A stretch of DNA of 62,261 nt, the filler included, from Piptocephalis cylindrospora (Eukaryota), in assembly GCA_003614145.1 (NCBI GenBank). It is 5 parts of 5 records of this genome, joined end to end, with 100 filler letters (N's around TTAATTAATTAA, not from the genome) between each part and the next. Parts side by side here need not be neighbours in the genome. Positions count along the whole stretch, not along the records: positions 49,985 to 62,261 come from KZ987975.1; 4 more parts are not named here. One strand, given 5' to 3'. Position numbers and translations under genes: made by a program. Of the stretch, positions 53,568 to 62,261 are shown piece after piece. The notes beneath the pieces were generated by a model that was not told where the DNA came from, did no database searches, and saw only the letters and a program-made list of their open reading frames with translations. Every line of letters begins with the position of its first letter. Positions within the stretch are counted from its first letter, which is position 1.

Positions 53568-54569
53568 GATGACTAGCTAGGAAGAATGAGTCGCATTTAT
53601 ACATAAACATTTTATTCTAGGTTTTTGATAGTAAAGTCATACTGAACGTGTCTATGAAGTCACAGATGTACGAGGCGTTGATGGAATGCTAAACTGAGTC
53701 TCCACCTGGCCTATGTGCCTAATGAGTAAGATTTGAGGGTTTCAATGCGAAGGCCATGATTGTGAAGTCCACCGGAGCCAATGCAGGGGCTTCCCTCCTC
53801 TTACAAATCGGGTTGCATTCCATTGAGGTTAATCATGAAGTATGCCACTGCTCGCTGCCGCCACTCAATATTCACCGGTATAAACCCGTTTATCGGACGC
53901 TGAATAGCATTGATGATCACAATTCAAGTCTACCAGCGGAGTCTGAAACTCTTCACTACTGTGGCTTCGTTGTATGAGCCGGACATATTATTTTCCCATG
54001 ATACGCGCTTTCCCAGCCGAATAGTTAATGGGCTGTGCTTAAAGTTCTAACATTTACCCCGAGAGGGCCAAATACAGTAGTTTACACACACTGACGCCAT
54101 CCTGCACATGATACTATTCCCCATTTTATACAACATTGGTTATGGGCGATGACGTTGAAATATGTGTATTGTTGTATCAGAGACAGGAGTCGGGTGTCAA
54201 GGTAGGTGGGGTGCAGCTCCTTTACCCAGGGATGTTTTTGTTTAGAGGGGAGTATTGCTCATCCGGAAATAGTAGTGCCTCTCTATAGTGTCCTTGTACA
54301 TTTCTATAGTCTCGTGTTGAGGGGAAAATATGATTTTATGGGAGGTTTCCATGAACTTGGCATCATTGATCAATGGGAGAGGCCATTTGCCTCATAATCA
54401 TGATCCATGAAATGCTTGTATCATCTTGATGTGCTGATTTCTATGATCAAATCAGTATAAAAAGAAGACAGGTTCGCAATTCTTGAACCATGTATATCCC
54501 CATTCAGTCATCAATCCGTCTTAAAATCACTCATCACACCATTCTTCGTTACCTGCTCATCCCATCACA

Positions 54570-55004
54570 ATGACCATCCAAAACAATCATACTGGTGACT
54601 ACGACGACTCGATCGAATCCCATACCGTCGCTAGACAAAACTCGGATGCACCAGAGAGTTTTTTCCATGAGGCCAAGGACAAGGTCAAGGAGTTTCTAGG
54701 TCGTAACAAGTCTGAGGAAGAGGCCAAGAAGGCCCATGACGAGGTGTACAAGGAGAAGAAGGCTCATGTGTCCCATGAGCTGATCGGGGCCGCTGCTGGA
54801 TATGAGGCAGTCAAGAGCTACCAGAAGCGCCGGGAGGAAAAAGGCCTTGAGCCCAAGCACTCCAAGATGAAGCAAATTGTTGCAGGCATGGCCATGGCCG
54901 AGGCTGTCAGGCTCTTTGAGACCCGTGGCAACGGAGATGCCAAGGCCAAGAGGGAAGCTGCTTCTGCCGCTGCCGCTCAGGCTGAATCCATGGTTCATGA
55001 ATGA
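54570..55004 (+). CDS. CipC-like / DUF3759 protein
   Basis: HELIGAAAGYEAVKSY..KH..MKQIVAGMAMAEAVRLFETRG. TATAAAA at 54456-54462. Confidence 0.85.
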   Translation: MTIQNNHTGDYDDSIESHTVARQNSDAPESFFHEAKDKVKEFLGRNKSEEEAKKAHDEVYKEKKAHVSHELIGAAAGYEAVKSYQKRREEKGLEPKHSKMKQIVAGMAMAEAVRLFETRGNGDAKAKREAASAAAAQAESMVHE

Positions 55005-55201
55005 TGGTTAGGCAATGGGCCGATTGCCCTACATGATCCAAATACAATGCAGTATGCTTTTCAAAGCCATTTTTTTAAATATTTCTCCGTAGATACAAGG
55101 GGACCATTTTAGTCATCTTATCCTTCCCTATCTTCTTCCCCTGGACCCATCCTAACCCATCCGACCTTGAAGCCATTCCATACCCCATACCCAAGGCATG
55201 C

Positions 55202-57763
55202 TTATTGAATCATAATAAGAACCATACCGGAAAATAGGATGAGAAGGGTACTCCACCAAGAAAAGGAGACCCAGACAGAGAATTCACCGATCCACCGATC
55301 CTTGCTCCCGGGCCTCTCGCTGTACTCACGACACAATTCACTGACGACGAGACCAGCCACACTGCCAAAGCTGGTCCAGTTCCCGCAAAGGGTGACACTC
55401 CAGGCCAGGAGAAGCCAGGCTTGGTCCTCCCAGCCGGAGAGACCGTCGATACGAGGAGCAACGAGGAGGACGGCGGGAATACTCGTGAAGATGAAGGAGA
55501 GGACGCATATGAGGAAGGTAAAGGAGATGGCCTCAATCCATCGGGTACCATTATGGACCAAGGGCTGGAAGATTTTCCACATGCCATCGGGAATCCGGGT
55601 CTGACGGACGCCGGAGATAAGGACAAAAATACCGAAGAGATAGGCGAGAAGGGGGTAATTGATGGAGTTTGCGATGTGACGAGTGGGGTCCTGACGGTCC
55701 AGGCAAAGGATAAGCATGGCGGCAGTAAGGCAAGTAAAGCCTAGGTGCATGCGGCAGGCAAAGCCAATGTACATGCCCAGGATGATGAGGGCAAAGAGGG
55801 AATCCTGAAGGGAGAGGGGCCAGTGACGGCGGATGAGGGAGGAGAGATGGTGGAAGGGCTGGGATTGAGAGTGAAAGTGAGGAGGGGGAAATGAGGCTAC
55901 GCCGTCACCATTGACGGCAGGACCTGATGCTGACGTGTGAGAAGTATCCCCCGGGGATGAGGAGCGGGAGGAGGGGATGGGATCGAGAGAGGGGGGAGGG
56001 TGCCAGGAGAGACGTGGAGCCTGGGATCCCGAGGAGGCCATGGAGTCTCCGGGGATGGAGAAGCCGGTAAGGTGAGAACTGTCAAAATGATCACCACTTT
56101 CAGGGGTCGCATGACCATCGCCCGGGGGATGAAGATGACCCAGGGTATCAGGGGTAGTGGGGAGGGAGGGATGAGGGAAGGCTTCTAGATGTGAATGTCT
56201 TCTTCTCTCGGGATACCTAGTACTGTCGGTGAGGTTGGGAATGGAAGGATCCACAAGGTAATGGGAGTGCCTTGGGGACCCTACATCTCGGAGGAGCCAG
56301 CTGGTGGGGTCCATAGTGGACTCGGTGGGCCCAGCCCTACCAGGAACGGAGCGGGAGTAGAGGGAGAGAGAATGAGCGCTTCCCTGATCAAAGTACTGAG
56401 AGTCGGGGAGCATGAGACGTTCTCCATGTTGACCCATGGGGATGGGCCTCTGGGAGAGACCAGGGCCATGGAGGATGGCCTCCTCATCATCATCAGAGGA
56501 GACGGGCTCAGTGCCATTGGACCCAGTATTGACCATGGCGATGCCTGGGAGACGTAGGGAGGGACGATGTCGGCGATTGGACCCTCGTGGAAAGGTGCCA
56601 TCCGTCATGGAGGGATGGGCAGCGAGGGGATTAGAGGGCTTGGAGGTACCCCAAGACAGATCATGGGAGAGTGGACGAGCTGAGGCAGAGGTGGAGGAAG
56701 CGGAAGCTTTGAGGAGAGGAGAGGTCTCAGAGGGATCATGTTCGGCGGTATTAAGGTCATCATCTCTTCCATCAGGAGTCTCCTCATCATCGGTATCGGA
56801 ATCATCATCGTCCGAATCATCCTCGCTGACGGAACCGCCCAAATCAAGACGTCTCCTGAGGGAGGCTTCATCATCATCATCGTACTCGGTCCAGGGCTCT
56901 GCACCGAAGGTGGAGGGAGGACCGGAGGGGCTGACGACACCCTCACCCTCCACCACACCTGAGTGAATGCGACCGGAGAGACGTTTTTGCGAGACTTCAC
57001 GGTACCGTAATTGCTTTCGGGGAAGACGGTCACGGTAGTGCCAGCAGAGACACATGGTGTTGAGGATGGTTCCTAGGTAGGCAGCAGGGGCCATGCTAAG
57101 GAAGAAGGAGGTAAAGGAAGTCCCGGGAATTTGTTCCTGGATGATCATGTTTTTGGGATTACCGATGACGGTGGCAGCGGAGCCAATGTTCGCGCTTGTG
57201 GCCAGGGCCAGGGCAAAGGGCTCGACCTCAAGGTCATTATCCTCACAGATTGACACGATAACTCCAGTGAGAAAGATGGCTGATCCATCGTTCATCTTTT
57301 TCGGAAAGGACAATGAGGAAATGGGAGCGAGGGGGGGGGGGGGGGGGGGGAAAGAAAAGACAACACTAAAAAAAAAACAAGAAAAAAGAATGGAAGCACC
57401 GTTACCACAAAAAGAAGGGTCATTATAAAAGGGGATAAAGGAAAGAAGGACATACTTTAGCCACGGGATCAGGCCCTTGTCTTCGAGACGACCCAAGATG
57501 AGCATGAGACCACTCAAGAGGAGGATGGTACCGCCACTGATACTGGCAAAGGCTTGTTCAGCGGTGATGACGCCAATGGTGACCATGATGCAGCCACCAA
57601 GGATAGCAGCGGCGTTCCTACCGACTGGGAAGATGGGCCATGAGCGGGCGATGAGAAGCCAGCAGAGGAAGAACGTGATGACGGCCACGGTCTCCTGGAT
57701 GGGATTGAGGTGGTTTGGCGGCGGACTTTGTGCAGCAAGGGATATGAGGGCGTTTGGGGGCAT
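55202..57763 (-). CDS. ArsB/NhaD-superfamily permease most like plant silicon-efflux Lsi2; probable intron or assembly defect at ~57294-57452
   Basis: [63 protein letters not shown]. Two TM bundles separated by a ~400-aa disordered loop. Confidence 0.85.
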   Translation of the reverse strand: [853 protein letters not shown]

Positions 57764-57775
57764 TGTGGGGATGGG

Positions 57776-57880
57776 GAGGGAAGGAGAGAGGGAGGAGAGG
57801 AGGAGGAGGAGAAGGAGGAGGAGGAGAAGGAGAAGAAGGAGGAGGAGGAGGGCAGGGGTAAGAGGGAAGGGAAAAAGAGA
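57776..57880 (+). repeat. GA-rich (GGA/AGA) low-complexity tract
   Basis: Purine run directly upstream of the permease start (pyrimidine tract on its sense strand). Confidence 0.85.
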
Positions 57881-59197
57881 AGGAAAGACCCAGGCTGGGG
57901 CCAGGATCAGGACCTCACCCTAGGATCCAGGCCAAAGAGCCAGCAGAAGAAGTAAATTGACGAGGTCATATGAGATGTTTAGAGTTGCACAAGTCCCCCA
58001 CATCGTCGGTGCTTGCAATGACGTGGGGAGAGGAGGGGGAGAAGATGGAGGGGCGGTCAATGTGAGAGATGTAACAATGGGTGAGAGGAGGCATTTATGT
58101 TGCATGGATGAACGCCTGAAATGCGATGATGGTATTATTATTAGGGTCGTGAAAGAGAAAAGTGGAGTGAAGAAACGATTGATTTATCCGCTTGAAAATA
58201 AATTCAAGGACACACCGTCTTGGCCAAGAGATTACAATGGGTGAGAAAGAGAGATGAACTATGGCGGGTATGGATGGGAAAGGGAGGGATGGCTTCACCT
58301 TGGAAGGACCCTGGGGACCGATAGTACAGAATATAGATCCTTATCATTGTTGTTCATCACAACGGGCCCAGTGCCATGCATGCTGGCCCCTCCTAGATAG
58401 ATGCTGTATCATGGTGTACCCCTTGACCTGCCCCATTCAGAGAGAGGGTAGAGCGGGTTTATCATCCTCATCACACTATCTAGATGCCGTTGTCTATCTC
58501 AACACAGAGGGTTGATGTTCTTTCCCTAGGGCAAACGCACACACATGTACAATGGAATGGTTTAGATAAGTCTCCACCCTATCTACAGTTCTTATGGATC
58601 ATGTCCGCCTTATTGGACCTGTTCCCATGATGCAGTCGATCTCTATTCTTGTCGGTCTTCATACCCATGATCCACTTCCCCTTTGATGCGACACGATTGG
58701 AGGCACACTCAGTAGGGGACTGAAGGGGTTCGTTTAGACATAACCCTTCGCTATGGAAAGATCCGGTGGTCCCCCCCTCTTGGTTTATCTAGGTCGGCAA
58801 GCGAGGAGAGGAGATTCGAGGTATGGCCGAAGATGGGGTCGTCCAGACTGCTCATTCAATGTCATAGTGGGAAGCTGGCCTTATTTAAGCGGCCATTCCT
58901 AAGCACTACCCTACACAATCACACTGCCCATGACACATTTTCAACACATACTCTCGACCAGTCTCTCCCATACGACACCCCATATCACGTCTCTTTTAAA
59001 ATCCCCGACCGTCCTTGTCTCATCATCCTCACCCCACCCACTTTCAACCCATCCTCTCTACTTCAATACCGTACGTGTGTGCATGCGTACATGTGTGTGT
59101 GTGTGTGCTCTCCCCATCCTAACCACCCTCTCCCGAAAGAAGCCGACCATCGTCATCTCCCTCTATTCCATCCCATCCTCGGCAGACTACCTACAAG

Positions 59198-59963
59198 ATG
59201 AAGTTTGCCAAGGAACTCGAAGCAAAAGTGGTCCCCGAATGGCAACAACACTATATTCAGTATCGAAAGCTAAAGAAGCTCCTTCAACCCTTCAAGACCA
59301 CCGATGCTGAAAACCCGTAAGTTGCGTGGTCCTGTCCTGTCTTGGCCGGATCGCTCCATATCCCTGTCCTGATTGATCTCTACCCTCCCATCTAGGACGC
59401 AGGCCTGGGAAGCGGCCGATACGCAATTCTATTCTGAGCTCCGAAAGGAAGTGGATAAGGTAGAGACATTCTATCTGGAGACGGTGGATAGGCTGCAAGA
59501 GTACATCCGGCAATGGGTGTACCATGCATACAAACAGCAGCATAAGCAACAAGGGGGGACGGCCACTCCGGGGCTGACGGGCTGGTCCAAATTCTTTGCC
59601 ACGTCCCAGTCCCCCCAAAGCCCAAGTCAGGGGTCGTCCTTGGGACAGGGTGACGGAGGACCGCCCATTCCCTCTCCAGCCTCCTTGGCCGCTGTGGCAG
59701 ATCGTCTCACGACGTATGCAGCCTTGAACCGACTAGCGATCATCAAGATTATCAAGAAGCACTGGAAGCTCCTATCCTCCACCCAGCACTCGGGTCTAAT
59801 CCGGACAAGCAAGGCCACGGAAACGTCGATCCTCGAGACCCTCCGGACCGATCGGGCATTCTGGACGGGCCAGGAGGCCGAGGCCCTGGTGGAGGAGGCT
59901 AGGAAGATTCGGTGGGACTCTAGTCGACTTCGTGCCAAGGAGGCCCAGACCATGGTTCCGTAA
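59198..59963 (+). CDS. SPX-domain protein; 3' end uncertain
   Basis: MKFAKELEAKVVPEWQQHYIQYRKLKKLL, FYSELRKEVDKVETFY, YAALNRLAIIKIIKKHWK. One clear intron. The stop TAA lies inside a possible GTAAG splice donor. Confidence 0.9.
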
Positions 59964-60015
59964 GATCGGGAAGATGGGATCCTTTGCGCTGTGCGTATGA
60001 GGGAAGACATGCACA

Positions 60016-60016
<1 letters not shown>

Positions 60017-60047
<31 letters not shown>
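60017..60047 (+). repeat. (TG)n microsatellite
   Basis: About 15 perfect TG units. Confidence 0.95.
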
Positions 60048-60050
<3 letters not shown>

Positions 60051-60126
60051 GTGTGTTGGGTGAAAGGGGAAAGACGACGAGGAGATCATCAAGAGCTTGT
60101 GTACCCATGATCCCCCTTCTCCCTGA

Positions 60127-60136
60127 NNNNNNNNNN
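60127..60136. other. 10-N scaffold gap
   Basis: Ten Ns without the TTAATTAATTAA linker. Confidence 0.95.
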
Positions 60137-60359
60137 CTGCTTGATACATGCCTTTCTTGACGATGGCCAATGGCGTGACGGGGCCTTTTTTTCATTTCAT
60201 TCTTCATTGGTGTTTTTTTTTCTTCCTAACATTTTTCTCTTTTTTGTTATTTTTTTTTTTGACTTTTTTTTGTTGAAGTGGTGGATGTGGGTGTGGGTTG
60301 AAGGGGGGGGGGGGGGGGGGGGGGGGGGGAAGGGGGGAGGATTTAGGGTCGAAAGTAAA

Positions 60360-61841
60360 TCACTGCTTGCCAGCAAACATGTCCTTGATGTTCTGGGTGG
60401 AGAGGGACTTGGGACGCTCGAGGGGCATGCCGAGGGCACGGTCCCAGACGAGCTGGGAAAGGACACCGAGGGAGCGGGAGACACCAAAGAGGACGGTGTA
60501 AAAGTCCTGCTCGACGAGGCCAAAGTGCTGGAGGAGAACACCAGAGTGGGCATCGACATTAGGCCAGGGGTTCTTGGTCTTTCCGTGTTCGGTGAGGACG
60601 TCAGGGACGATGGTGTAGAGCTGGGAGACGAGCTTGAAGAGGGGATCGGAGGGGAGGTGCTTGAGAGCGAATTCACGCTGGCAAGAGTAGCGGGGATCGG
60701 TCTTGCGGAGGACGGCGTGACCGTAACCGGGGACGACCTGGCCGGACTTGAGGGTGGACCAGACGTACTCACGGACTTGGTCATCGGAGACGTCCTGGGC
60801 GTTACCGAGGGCTTCGCGCATCTTGACGATCCAGCGGAGGACCTCCTGGTTGGCGAGGCCGTGGAGGGGACCGGCGAGGCCGTTGAGACCGGCGGAGAAG
60901 GAGAGGTAGGGGTCGGAGAGGGCGGAGCCGACCAGATGGGTAGCGTGAGCAGAGACATTGCCTCCCTCGTGATCGGAGTGAATGGTCAGGTAGAGACGGA
61001 GGAGCTCGACGAACTTGGGGTCGGAGAATCCGAGGGAAGTGGCGAGGTTCTGGCTGTAATCGGCGGCGGGGTCGATGAGCTGGCCGGTGGCGGCCTTGCC
61101 TCCGTGGAAGACGTTACGGTAGATGCGGGAAGCGACGGGGACGAGCTTGGCGACCAGGTCCATGGAGTCCTCGTAAGCGTACTCCCAGTACTGGGCCTTG
61201 GGGATACCACGCTGGTAGGCCTGGGCAAAGGCCGAGTCGTGCTGGAGGGCATTGATGGCCAGGGAGAACTGGGACATGGGATGAAGGGTGGCGGGGCAAG
61301 CATCGATGAGGTTCTCGACGAAGCTGGGGATCTTGGAGCGAGCAGCCCATTCCTCGGAGATGGACTTTGTCTGCTCGGGGGTGGGGACCTCGCCGGTGAG
61401 GAGGAGCCAAAAGAGGGCCTCAGGAAGGGGCTCCTCACCATTGGGGGCGGTGGGTAGGAGCTTCTGGCAATCGGGGATGGTCTTGCCACGGAAGCGGATA
61501 CCCTCCAGGGGATCCAGGACGGAGCCCTCCCAGACCATGCCCTTGATGCCGCGCATACCACCGTAGGCCATATCTACGGTGACCTGACCAAGGGGCTTGT
61601 CCCCGTAGGCCTTCTTGACCTCCTTGACCTCGGCCTGCTTCTCGGGCACGAGCTCGGTCAGGCGCTCCTTGAGGCTCTGGGTAGAGGCCTTGGAGGAGTA
61701 GGCCAGGCGGGAGGAAAGCTGGGGGGACCACTTGGTCTAAATGAGAGGAGGGCAGGAAGAGGAATGAGTGGGCGGCGATCGTGGGGGAGAAGGGGATCAG
61801 CGTACCTTGGTAAGGGTGGAGGCAAGACGGGGAATCGACAT
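60360..61841 (-). CDS. CIT1: Mitochondrial citrate synthase, 2 exons
   Basis: Presequence exon [73 protein letters not shown]. Confidence 0.98.
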
Positions 61842-62261
61842 GGGTGAGAAGTACTGGAGAGGGGGGAGGGGTGGGGGACTTGGCGTAAAAGCACACAGTG
61901 AACAAGAAAAAGGAAAAGGGAGGAAGCAAAGGAAGTGTGTCTCCCAGGCGAGGAGGGGTCCGGGACGCGACGGTACTTATAGCTTCCGGCGGCTGGAGCC
62001 CCAATGTATGTGGGTGTGGGGAGTGTGGCATAGAGACATCCTCCACCCGCTCACCCACACACACACCCGGTGAAGGGAGAGGAGAGGGGGAGATTCGGGA
62101 ATGGGCAAAAGGCTGGGCCGAATGAGGAGGTCAAGGGTCCTCTCCGTCCCAGTTCGGCTTTATCGGTCCGTCGGTCCAAGGCGAAGGAGGCTCTCGACCT
62201 TTCCCTTCCCCCTGGACGATGACATCCTTTCTCTCCCATTCCTTGGGTGGTACAGAGCCTG

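Noticed and set aside
60141..61457. 438-aa + strand ORF
   Set aside because: Antisense shadow of strongly codon-biased CIT1; its start is low-complexity sequence.

Overview
Gene-dense, intron-containing eukaryotic DNA. The gene content (Integrator INTS7, FAM172A/Arb2, Lsi2-like permease, Ugo1, CipC-like, DPBB protein) points to an early-diverging, non-Dikarya fungus; this is inference, and Zoopagomycota is plausible. The window is not one locus. It is five unrelated contigs (12457, 12430, 12416, 12281, 12277 bp, descending) joined by artificial 100-bp N44-TTAATTAATTAA-N44 spacers. About 22 protein genes and one tRNA-Gly(GCC) are recognisable. Best leads: (1) a ~960-bp insertion with a 14-bp direct repeat and a LINE-like ORF tail, starting 40 bp upstream of the tRNA gene, i.e. 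a candidate tRNA-targeted non-LTR retrotransposon; (2) a fungal INTS7 orthologue beside a possible BRAT1-like HEAT gene; (3) contig 3 has identical 55-bp ends and closes into a 12,361-bp circle with UGO1 reading across the join; (4) an Lsi2-like permease head-to-head with an SPX-domain gene. All homology calls come from remembered motifs, not database searches. Exon boundaries were read by eye.
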